From: a virus
Lineage: Duplodnaviria > Caudoviricetes
DNA length: 64,000 bases
Direction: 5' to 3' (one strand)
IMG/VR virus record: IMGVR_UViG_642973577_000001
Coordinates: 32,001 to 96,000 of that record
Below the pieces are notes generated by a model that made no database searches, had not been told where the DNA came from, and was given only the letters and a program-made list of their open reading frames with translations. Each line of letters begins with the position of its first letter. The stretch's first letter is position 1. Shown here one piece after another: positions 58,037 through 64,000 of this stretch. The position numbers and the translations under genes are program-made.

Positions 58037-59622
58037 ACCCGAAGCTCAACACCATCGGCATGGGGCTGATGGGCACCGGATGGGTGAGCGCCCAGGCTCT
58101 CATGGACGCACCGCCGCCCGTACTCGATCAGGTCATGGTCGCGGCCTTCGGCGTGTGGTTCACTAGTATGGCTCTGGAGCAGCGGAAGAAGTCTGACGCT
58201 GCCGACCAAACACCCACGGAGGTCCCAGTGGACTGGACTGACTCTGCCGAGCGCCTGCTGGAGCAGCTCGAAGAGGAGAACACCCCCAAGCCGACGTTCT
58301 TCTGCGCGACCGGCGACCACATCGTCGATGAGGTCATCTGGCTGGAGCAGATCGCGCTGGGCTGCAAGCCCTGCATGCTCAAGCTGCGCGACACCCTGAC
58401 CAAGGACCGCGACATCACCATGCGGCTGTGGAAGGGCAACCCCGACGGCACGCTGACCCAGATTCCGGCGGACCCCGAGAAGAAGCCGCTGCCGACCAAG
58501 ACCTCGGCCACCACGCCCGCCAAGACGGCGGCGCGACGTCGTGGGCCGAAGGAGTACATCCGCGAGCACCAGGACTGGACCTGCACCCAGTGCGGTCGCG
58601 GGTTCGATACGGCCCAGGACGGCTTCTACAACACCATGACCGGCTTCGTCTGCAAGCGGTGTGCAGGCACCGCGATCAAGGGCGGCAAGCCGGTGGGTGG
58701 CCTGACCGCACACAAGGCCGAGCAGCGCGTCAAGAGCCGAGTCGCCGACGGTGGTCCGTACACCGTCGACAAGGTGAACGTGGCCGCTGGCGAGGTCGTC
58801 AAGGCCTCCGGTGGCCGCACCTCCATCCGCATCCGGGGCGACGTCGGCCCTGGCGCGCTGGTGAAGGCCTCCGGCGGCAACTGCCGGATCATCATCGACG
58901 GCGACGTCTACCAGAACGCCACCGTCATGGCCTCTGGTGGCTCGGGCGAGATCATCGTCAAGGGCTACATCTACGACTACGCGATCGTGAAGGCCTCAGG
59001 AGGCTCGTGCCGCGTCAACCACCACGGCCATGCCGCCACGGCCCAGGTGAAGGCCTCGGGCGGCTCTGCGACGGTCTCAGACCTCTCCGGCGGTCGCGAC
59101 GAGGACGCCGGTCCCCGCGACTTCACCCGGTACCAGGCTCCTGGCCCGATCGCCACGACCAAGAGGCAGTGGGCCGACGCCGAGAGCTTCGCGAACAACC
59201 GGGGCGACGACCCGCTGACTCGCTACCTGCACGAGATCACCGCACCGTCGATCCAGGACCAGCTCAACGACGTCACCCAGAAGCGGATCAAGCGCAACCA
59301 GGAGATCGCCGAGCGCAACGGCCAGGGCGACTTCATCATCCCCACGTGCGTGGAGTGTGGCCTGCTGGACCCGGAGAATCCGGTGGCTGGCTGGACCAAG
59401 AACCCGCCGGGGTACAAGTGCGCCGTTTGCCTGTCTGGCAGCACCCCGGACCAGGCCAAGCGGAGCTACCGGAAGTGGCGCGTGCAGTCCCGCAAGGACC
59501 TGCCGAAGTCGCCACAGGACCGCGAGACCTACTACGTGATCGACGACAACGAGGTCCTGACCTGGTTCGATGGCACCTGGGTCCGGGTCCTGATCCCGAA
59601 CAGGAACACCGTCGACAAGTAG
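58033..59622 (+). CDS. Membrane-anchored protein with Zn ribbons and five ~21-aa V(K/M)ASGG repeats
   Basis: N-terminal hydrophobic segments, CxxC pairs, repeats at ~58795-59065. Confidence 0.75.
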   Translation: MNPKLNTIGMGLMGTGWVSAQALMDAPPPVLDQVMVAAFGVWFTSMALEQRKKSDAADQTPTEVPVDWTDSAERLLEQLEEENTPKPTFFCATGDHIVDEVIWLEQIALGCKPCMLKLRDTLTKDRDITMRLWKGNPDGTLTQIPADPEKKPLPTKTSATTPAKTAARRRGPKEYIREHQDWTCTQCGRGFDTAQDGFYNTMTGFVCKRCAGTAIKGGKPVGGLTAHKAEQRVKSRVADGGPYTVDKVNVAAGEVVKASGGRTSIRIRGDVGPGALVKASGGNCRIIIDGDVYQNATVMASGGSGEIIVKGYIYDYAIVKASGGSCRVNHHGHAATAQVKASGGSATVSDLSGGRDEDAGPRDFTRYQAPGPIATTKRQWADAESFANNRGDDPLTRYLHEITAPSIQDQLNDVTQKRIKRNQEIAERNGQGDFIIPTCVECGLLDPENPVAGWTKNPPGYKCAVCLSGSTPDQAKRSYRKWRVQSRKDLPKSPQDRETYYVIDDNEVLTWFDGTWVRVLIPNRNTVDK

Positions 59623-59625
59623 GGG

Positions 59626-59655
59626 TTGCACGTCTGACACGGGGTCTGCTACGGT
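59626..59655 (+). promoter_or_regulatory. SigA-like promoter for the tRNA cluster
   Basis: TTGCAC-18 nt-extended TGC-TACGGT. Confidence 0.6.
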
Positions 59656-59831
59656 AGATCCCGTGTTTACGATTGCCGATACCACCACGCGAGGGACGCT
59701 CATGCGAGCGGCCTATCGACCGTGGCATATCAAGCACTAGTCGTCGCAGCTTTCGAGCCGTGACGACGACCGGCTCGAAGATTCCACACCCGTAGTGGGT
59801 GTTTTCTCCTTGAGCCGACCGGCAGCACAAT

Positions 59832-59903
59832 CGGGATATGGTGTAAGGGTTAGCACGATTGGTTTGGGACCATTCTGACGGGGTTCGAGTCCCTGTTTCC
59901 CGA
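59832..59903 (+). tRNA. tRNA-Pro(TGG)
   Basis: CGGGATA/TTTCCCG-A; loop TT-TGG-GA. Confidence 0.85.
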
Positions 59904-59932
59904 CGTACGACAACTGAATAGCACGACCCTAT

Positions 59933-60000
59933 GCAGGTGTGAAGCGGCTTCCCGAAGGATTCCAACCCCTGAGGCGTGGGTTCAACTCCTACCACCTGTG
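59933..60000 (+). tRNA. tRNA-Trp(CCA), minimal D-loop
   Basis: GCAGGTG/CACCTGT-G; GAAG-CGG-CTTC; loop TT-CCA-AC. Confidence 0.75.
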
Positions 60001-60032
60001 CGTAAAGCGTCCAAACCACCTACCATGGTTAG

Positions 60033-60380
60033 ATGGCTTACAAGGACCCGTCAGACCCACGTCTGCTTGAGAAGCGTAGAGCGCATTACTACGCCAACAA
60101 GCAACCGTATCTAGATCGGGCAAAGGCTCAAAGGACAGCGATGTCCGTATGGGCCAGACAACTAAAGAGCGGACCCTGTACTGATTGTGGAGGCACTTTC
60201 CACCATTTTCAGATGGATTGGGATCACATTGGTGACGACAAAGAGTTCGACGTCGGCAAAGCGGTCAGGATAGGGTACGGCAAGAAGCGAATCTTGGCCG
60301 AGATCGCGAAGTGCGAGTTGGTTTGCGCCAACTGCCATCGCCTTCGGACCTGGAGGAGACTTCACCCTGAGGATGAGTAG
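60033..60380 (+). CDS. HNH endonuclease
   Basis: CTDCG..DWDH..KCELVCANCHRLRT; -10 TACCAT 6 nt before the ATG; AT-richer than flanks. Confidence 0.9.
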   Translation: MAYKDPSDPRLLEKRRAHYYANKQPYLDRAKAQRTAMSVWARQLKSGPCTDCGGTFHHFQMDWDHIGDDKEFDVGKAVRIGYGKKRILAEIAKCELVCANCHRLRTWRRLHPEDE

Positions 60381-60390
60381 TCCTCGCAAT

Positions 60391-60474
60391 GCCGTGTATG
60401 CCCAACTGGTGTTTGGGAGCAGGCTGTAACCCTGTGGCCTTCGGGACGGCGGAGTTCGATTCTCTGACGCGGCA
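60391..60474 (+). tRNA. tRNA-Tyr(GTA)
   Basis: GCAGG CT-GTA-AC CCTGT; long variable arm. Confidence 0.9.
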
Positions 60475-60613
60475 CGTTTAATCCCTTGCGGGATTGAATC
60501 GAGCAGAGGTAGCTTCTACCTCAGCTCGTATGAAACTTGAGAACTCCATAGTGTAGTACTAGAGATCTGGCCAGGCACCATCCTGGCCACAAACCCGGCT
60601 CGTCCGGGTGCGT

Positions 60614-60687
60614 AGCGGGGTAGAGCAGCTCGGTAGCTCGCCAGGCTCATAACCTGGAGGCCGTGGGTTCAAATCCCACTCCCGCCA
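60614..60687 (+). tRNA. tRNA-Met(CAT), initiator-like 1-72 mismatch
   Basis: AGCGGGG/TCCCGCC-A; CCAGG CT-CAT-AA CCTGG. Confidence 0.88.
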
Positions 60688-60689
60688 CT

Positions 60690-60825
60690 AGGTCTCGGGT
60701 CGAGAGAGTCTGTCGGTTATCGCTGGTTCGATTCCTGCCGGGTCCACCCATGGACCCGTCGCTCCATGGCGGAGCACCCAGCTAGCGGCTGGGATTCCGG
60801 CACTCAACACCCATATCCGAGACTT
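60690..60825 (+). ncRNA. Y-RNA-like element 1 (order T arm, closed acceptor, D arm, anticodon-like arm)
   Basis: GGGTCGA..GTCGGTTATC; GCTGG-TTCGATT-CCTGC; CGGGTCCA-CCCA-TGGACCCG; GCTC..GAGC; CCCAGC/GCTGGG; CCGGC; closing stem AGGTCTCGG/CCGAGACTT. Confidence 0.75.
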
Positions 60826-60827
60826 CT

Positions 60828-60900
60828 GGGGATGCATGTTCCTTGGGGGCGACTGATCCTTGCAAGATCGGTGAGGTGGGTTCGATTCCCATCATCTCCA
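60828..60900 (+). tRNA. tRNA-Ala(TGC)
   Basis: G3.U70 pair; TGATC CT-TGC-AA GATCG. Confidence 0.87.
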
Positions 60901-60904
60901 CTTT

Positions 60905-60976
60905 GTGCTGATGGCCGAGATGGTTAGGCACTGGGTTGCAACCCCAGGCACGCAGGTTCGAGTCCTGTTCGGCACT
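60905..60976 (+). tRNA. tRNA-Cys(GCA)
   Basis: CTGGG TT-GCA-AC CCCAG; U73. Confidence 0.92.
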
Positions 60977-61009
60977 CAAAGCCCCGCTGGAGGCTTCATA
61001 TCCGGCTCT

Positions 61010-61080
61010 GGTCCTATGGGGTAGTGGTAGCCCATCTCCCTCTCACGGAGACGGCCCGAGTTCAATTCTCGGTAGGACTG
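61010..61080 (+). tRNA. tRNA-Glu(CTC)
   Basis: TCTCC CT-CTC-AC GGAGA. Confidence 0.92.
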
Positions 61081-61082
61081 CT

Positions 61083-61153
61083 GTGGCCATAGTTCAATGG
61101 CAGAACGCCGGGTTGTGATCCCGGTCGCGAGGGTTCGATTCCCTCTGGTCACC
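61083..61153 (+). tRNA. tRNA-His(GTG)
   Basis: CCGGG TT-GTG-AT CCCGG; C73; T at position -1. Confidence 0.92.
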
Positions 61154-61155
61154 CC

Positions 61156-61226
61156 GCGCTCGTGGCATATTGGTTGTGCTCCAGCCTTCCAAGCTGGCTA
61201 AGCAGGTTCGATTCCTGTCGGGCGCT
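61156..61226 (+). tRNA. tRNA-Gly(TCC)
   Basis: CCAGC CT-TCC-AA GCTGG; U73. Confidence 0.92.
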
Positions 61227-61383
61227 CGCAGTATTCGCAGTATCACCCGCAAGGGGGCGCACCAAGGCTTACCACCTACGCAGGCAGTCGACGGCCTCGA
61301 AACGGTACATGGACCTCCTGGATGTCCTGGGGAGGTGCAACGGGCAAGCCGGAGACTTCACCCGCCGGTCTACAGGGCATCAT

Positions 61384-61456
61384 GGGGCTGTAGCTCAATC
61401 GGTAGAGCGTCTCGCTGGCAGTGAGAAGGCAGTCGGTTCGATCCCGACCAGTTCCA
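61384..61456 (+). tRNA. tRNA-Ala(GGC)
   Basis: GGGGCTG/CAGTTCC-A; TCTCG CT-GGC-AG TGAGA. Confidence 0.93.
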
Positions 61457-61489
61457 CGTACCGTCTTGAGGCGCGTTAGTCCTCAGCTT

Positions 61490-61561
61490 GCCTTCATAGC
61501 TCAGTTGGTAGAGCGTCGGACTGAAAACCCGGAGGCCGTGGTTCGATTCCACGTGTTGGCA
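61490..61561 (+). tRNA. tRNA-Phe(GAA)
   Basis: Loop CT-GAA-AA; two U.U mismatches in the acceptor. Confidence 0.87.
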
Positions 61562-61565
61562 CAAT

Positions 61566-61633
61566 GCTCCTCTAGTCTGGGACAGAAGTCGGGTCACATC
61601 CGATCGAGCGGGGTTCGATTCCCTGGGGGAGTA
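61566..61633 (+). tRNA. tRNA-Val(CAC), minimal D-loop
   Basis: TCTG-GGA-CAGA; GTCGG GT-CAC-AT CCGAT. Confidence 0.78.
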
Positions 61634-61646
61634 CGCAAGATCTAAT

Positions 61647-61720
61647 GGCCCTAGAGCACGGTCTGGTAGTGCTACGGACTCTTAATCCGCAGGTCGTAGG
61701 TTCAAATCCTACTGGGGCCA
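61647..61720 (+). tRNA. tRNA-Lys(CTT)
   Basis: CGGA CT-CTT-AA TCCG. Confidence 0.88.
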
Positions 61721-61731
61721 CTTCACCTTAT

Positions 61732-61804
61732 GCGCTCGTAGCTCAGCTGGTAGAGCTGCTGACTCTTAATCAGCATGTCGGGGGTTCGAGTCCCTCCGGG
61801 CGTA
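61732..61804 (+). tRNA. tRNA-Lys(CTT), second copy
   Basis: GCTGA CT-CTT-AA TCAGC. Confidence 0.93.
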
Positions 61805-61818
61805 CGTTAGAATTAGCT

Positions 61819-62124
61819 ATGAGTGCTAATTCTGAGGCCGTGTCTCGTACGCGGCGCAAGCACAAGGCTCTGCTGGTCGCAGAGCACGGTGGCAAGTGTC
61901 TGGACTGCGGGGTCGCTTACCCGCCGTACGTGATGCAGTTCGATCATCGGGACACGACGATGAAGGCCTTCGGCCTGAGCGGCAAGTCCCAAACCTGGTC
62001 ACTCGCCCGGAAACGAGCGGAGGCCGAGAAGTGCGACCTGGTGTGTGCGAATTGCCACGCCATCAGGACGCACAAACAGCGGTGTGGAGGATGCGAACTC
62101 TGCACCAGTGTGCTTGAGGTGTAA
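61819..62124 (+). CDS. HNH endonuclease
   Basis: GGKCLDCG..QFDHRD..KCDLVCANCHAIRT; -10 TAGAAT 5 nt before the ATG; stop lies inside tRNA-Gly. Confidence 0.88.
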   Translation: MSANSEAVSRTRRKHKALLVAEHGGKCLDCGVAYPPYVMQFDHRDTTMKAFGLSGKSQTWSLARKRAEAEKCDLVCANCHAIRTHKQRCGGCELCTSVLEV

Positions 62125-62182
62125 ATGGTCGCACGACACCTTGCCAAGGTGTAGGAAGCCGGTTCGATCCCGGTCAGGCACT
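62110..62182 (+). tRNA. tRNA-Gly(GCC)
   Basis: GTGCTTG/CAGGCAC-T; ACACC TT-GCC-AA GGTGT. Confidence 0.88.
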
Positions 62183-62261
62183 CGTCGCCGTACCGGTTCA
62201 GCCGGTCGCATAGTGAGAAGTGGCAACCTCATCGCTGGCCCAGCGAAACAGGGCACTCGAT

Positions 62262-62336
62262 GGCCTATCGGTCCAGTCTGGAGTGGACACCGCCCTGTCA
62301 CGGCGGAGAGCACGGGTTCAAATCCCGTATAGGTCG
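62262..62336 (+). tRNA. tRNA-Asp(GTC)
   Basis: CCGCC CT-GTC-AC GGCGG; G73. Confidence 0.92.
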
Positions 62337-62417
62337 CGTCGGAGTGTAGCGAGGTTCGATTCCTCGGGGTCCGGGAGAAATCCTTGTCCCGTTGTGTCTG
62401 GCGATGCAGCTCCGTAT

Positions 62418-62490
62418 GCCTGTGTAGCTCATCTGGCAGAGCGCCCTGCTCATAACGGGGAGGTAAGTGGTTCGAGACCACTCATAGGTA
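62418..62490 (+). tRNA. tRNA with CAT anticodon (elongator Met or Ile2)
   Basis: CCCTG CT-CAT-AA CGGGG. Confidence 0.88.
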
Positions 62491-62496
62491 CAAGGT

Positions 62497-62587
62497 GACA
62501 GCGGGACTAGACCCCCGGTGCCCTGCTGCGGCGAAACTTCTGCGCACCGTCTATGCGTGGACCGGTGAAAATCCGGCGCTGTAGCCA
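62497..62587 (+). ncRNA. Aberrant tRNA-like RNA with a 22-nt loop in the anticodon position and encoded GCCA
   Basis: ACAGCG/CGCTGT acceptor; CGGTGC/GCACCG; TCTA-TGCG-TGGA; CCGG-TGAAAAT-CCGG; 3' GCCA. Confidence 0.55.
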
Positions 62588-62588
62588 A

Positions 62589-62662
62589 GCCTGTTAGCGG
62601 ACTGGTCGTCCGATCCAAGCTGATAACTTGGCGCAAGGAGTGTTCGATTCACTCAGCAGGTA
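62589..62662 (+). tRNA. tRNA-Ile(GAT)
   Basis: CCAAG CT-GAT-AA CTTGG. Confidence 0.87.
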
Positions 62663-62663
62663 C

Positions 62664-62803
62664 GTTCGATGGGCCGATGGAATGTCGGTTATCTCCCGCA
62701 GCCAACCTTTGCGGGGTAGCTCAGTTGGTAGAGCGCCACCCTTTAAGGTGGAGGTCGTCGGTTCGAGTCCGATCCCTTTCCGGCTCCGCTCATGCCCATC
62801 AAC
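62664..62803 (+). ncRNA. Y-RNA-like element 2 (closed acceptor, D arm, anticodon arm, T arm)
   Basis: GGGCCGA..GTCGGTTATC; TCCCGCA-GCCAACCTT-TGCGGGG; canonical D arm; CCACC-CTTTAA-GGTGG; T arm; CCGGC; closing GATGGGC/GCCCATC. Confidence 0.75.
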
Positions 62804-62808
62804 ACAAT

Positions 62809-62881
62809 CTCCCGGTGGTTCAACGGATAGAGCGCCAGACTACGAATCTGGAGAGTGGGGGTTCGATTCCCTCTCGGGAGA
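62809..62881 (+). tRNA. tRNA-Arg(ACG)
   Basis: CCAGA CT-ACG-AA TCTGG. Confidence 0.92.
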
Positions 62882-62883
62882 CA

Positions 62884-62993
62884 AAGCACGGGCCGATCGG
62901 TCGTCGGTTATCGTTTAACGGAAAAACAATTCACTCATAATGAATCACTCCGGGTTCGAGTCCCGGTTCCGGCTCCATTAAATGCCCGTGTTT
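62884..62993 (+). ncRNA. Y-RNA-like element 3 (D arm, CAT anticodon arm, T arm; scaffold replaces the acceptor)
   Basis: GGGCCGA..GTCGGTTATC; GTTT/AAAC; ATTCA CT-CAT-AA TGAAT; CCGGG-TTCGAGT-CCCGG; CCGGC; closing AAGCACGGGC/GCCCGTGTTT. Confidence 0.75.
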
Positions 62994-62997
62994 CAAT

Positions 62998-63068
62998 GCT
63001 GGATTAGCATAGTGGTAGTGCCCTTCCTTGGTATGGAAGTAGCCGGGGTTCGATTCCCCGATTCAGCT
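62998..63068 (+). tRNA. tRNA-Thr(GGT)
   Basis: CTTCC TT-GGT-AT GGAAG. Confidence 0.9.
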
Positions 63069-63074
63069 CGCAAT

Positions 63075-63146
63075 GCTCTTGTAGCTCAGTGGTAGAGCAC
63101 CAGCCCGACATGCTGGTTGTCCGAGGTTCGATTCCTCGTTGGAGCA
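63075..63146 (+). tRNA. tRNA-Val(GAC)
   Basis: CCAGC CC-GAC-AT GCTGG (C at position 33). Confidence 0.88.
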
Positions 63147-63149
63147 CGT

Positions 63150-63284
63150 TGGATGGGTCGACCGCAGGTCGGTTATCTCCTGTCAAGAGGGTGGTCGCGG
63201 GTTCGATTCCCGTCGTCGTTCCTGGAACGGCGTAGCTCAGTGGTAGAGCACCAAAAACACCGGCAGCATCCCCATATCCATCCA
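63150..63284 (+). ncRNA. Y-RNA-like element 4 (GTC anticodon arm, T arm, closed acceptor, D arm)
   Basis: GGGTCGA..GTCGGTTATC; CTC CT-GTC-AA GAG; GCGGG-TTCGATT-CCCGT; CGTCGTT-CCTGG-AACGGCG; canonical D arm; CCGGC; closing TGGATG/CATCCA. Confidence 0.75.
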
Positions 63285-63324
63285 TCACCTAGCTCCAGGT
63301 CGCCCTCCGGGACTGGCCTGGCTT

Positions 63325-63396
63325 TGCCTCCATCGTTCAGTGGTAGGACGCCTGCCTTGTAAGCAGGCTGCGGGCGTTCGATTCGTCCTGGAGGCT
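63325..63396 (+). tRNA. tRNA-Thr(TGT)
   Basis: CCTGC CT-TGT-AA GCAGG. Confidence 0.92.
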
Positions 63397-63402
63397 CTCT
63401 AT

Positions 63403-63476
63403 GGTTCGGTGGTCTGCTGGCTGTGCCACTCAGGTTTTCACCCTGGGATACGCGGGTTCGATTCCCGTCCGAACTA
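63403..63476 (+). tRNA. tRNA-Glu(TTC)
   Basis: TCAGG TT-TTC-AC CCTGG. Confidence 0.85.
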
Positions 63477-63560
63477 CGGTGGGGGAGGCAGCAGTCGAGA
63501 GCTGTCCCGTTCGGGGCTACCAAGCACCCGGCGGTGGGCGCAGGCACTCCCCCTCCCAGT

Positions 63561-63633
63561 GCTGGTGAAGCGTGAACGGTTTACGCACGGCCCTCGTAAC
63601 GCCGAGAAGTCGGTTCGACTCCGACCTCCAGCT
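63561..63633 (+). tRNA. tRNA-Thr(CGT)
   Basis: CGGC-C CT-CGT-AA C-GCCG; GTCGG-TTCGACT-CCGAC. Confidence 0.85.
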
Positions 63634-63697
63634 CCCTGGCTTGGGATGGCAGGCCGATCTGTACCGTGTCGGCGGGCAATACCGACACCATCCCTCT

Positions 63698-63767
63698 ACC
63701 CTCGCCAGCGGACCTGGCGTGAGGCCTCCGACGCCACACTGCGGGAGTTCGACTCTCTCCGGGGGTG
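63698..63767 (+). tRNA. tRNA-Arg(CCG), atypical D arm
   Basis: ACCCTCG/CGGGGGT-G; CCAG-CGGAC-CTGG; GGC CT-CCG-AC GCC. Confidence 0.75.
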
Positions 63768-63796
63768 CTTTCCGGCACAGGGGGTACACTCTCCTT

Positions 63797-64000
63797 GTGA
63801 CGACTCAAGCACGACGCGATTACATGCGCGAGTACCAGCGCAAGTGGAAGGCCCAGCGCCGTGCTGACTACTTCGCCGACAAGGCCTGCGTACGGTGCGG
63901 GTCCACCGAGAACCTCCGGCTCGATCACATCGACCCGGCCAAGAAGGTGGACCACAAGATCTGGACGTGGAGCCAGGAACGCCGCGAGGCCGAGCTGGAA
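63797..64000 (+). CDS. HNH endonuclease, 3'-truncated by the window edge
   Basis: MTTQARRDYMREYQ..ACVRCGSTENLRLDHIDP..EAELE; -10 TACACT 6 nt before the GTG. Confidence 0.85.
   Translation, partial: MTTQARRDYMREYQRKWKAQRRADYFADKACVRCGSTENLRLDHIDPAKKVDHKIWTWSQERREAELE

Noticed and set aside
60478-60610. Run of four hairpins between tRNA-Tyr and tRNA-Met
   Set aside because: No shared motif with other elements; may be processing or promoter-associated structure, so too weak to call.
61229-61383. tmRNA or other known ncRNA in the 150-nt spacer
   Set aside because: Too short, and no Ala-type acceptor or T arm; only an isolated hairpin (ACCTCC/GGAGGT).
62560-62600. Cobalamin riboswitch (CCGGTGAAAATCCGG)
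   Set aside because: Only the T-loop hairpin matches; the GGGAA and GCNACTG core elements are absent and the context is a tRNA array.
62711-62780. Ochre-suppressor tRNA (TTA)
   Set aside because: The loop is 6 nt and the 3' acceptor strand lies upstream rather than after the T arm; it is part of Y-like element 2.
62903-62974. Third ordinary tRNA-Met(CAT)
   Set aside because: Its acceptor (GTCGGTT/TTCCGGC) is the shared scaffold stem and extends into a longer closing helix; treated as Y-like element 3.
60782-63955. ORFs overlapping the tRNA array other than the three HNH genes
   Set aside because: They are translations of tRNA sequence with no coding bias.
1-64000. Genome-wide TAG recoding implied by the CUA tRNA
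   Set aside because: Genes are intact in the standard code, TAG stops abut or overlap next starts, and I found no in-frame fusions across the TAGs I checked.

Overview
High-GC actinobacteriophage genome segment, most like the Bxz1/cluster C-type myoviruses (judged from the major capsid, portal, sheath and baseplate sequences and their order). Nearly everything is on the + strand. From left to right: (1) a small tRNA cluster and a Pth2 operon; (2) head genes, including very large acidic proteins, portal, a protease/scaffold carrying inserted enzyme domains, a decoration protein and the MCP, with thyX, a 2H phosphoesterase and an HNH gene in between; (3) small cassettes with their own promoters; (4) fibre, neck, sheath, tube, frameshifted chaperone, tape measure and baseplate genes; (5) a 25-tRNA cluster containing three HNH genes. 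The most unusual signals are RNA. Four Y-RNA-like elements share one scaffold (GGGYCGA..GTCGGTTATC / CCGGC..CCCRT), and each carries a tRNA module opened at a different junction. Behind pth2 there are two CCA-ending minihelices, a D-armless tRNA and an amber (CUA) tRNA. A bipartite motif CCTGB-N19-NRGAAG precedes ten structural transcription units and is a candidate late promoter. All calls were made by eye, with no searches or folding programs.
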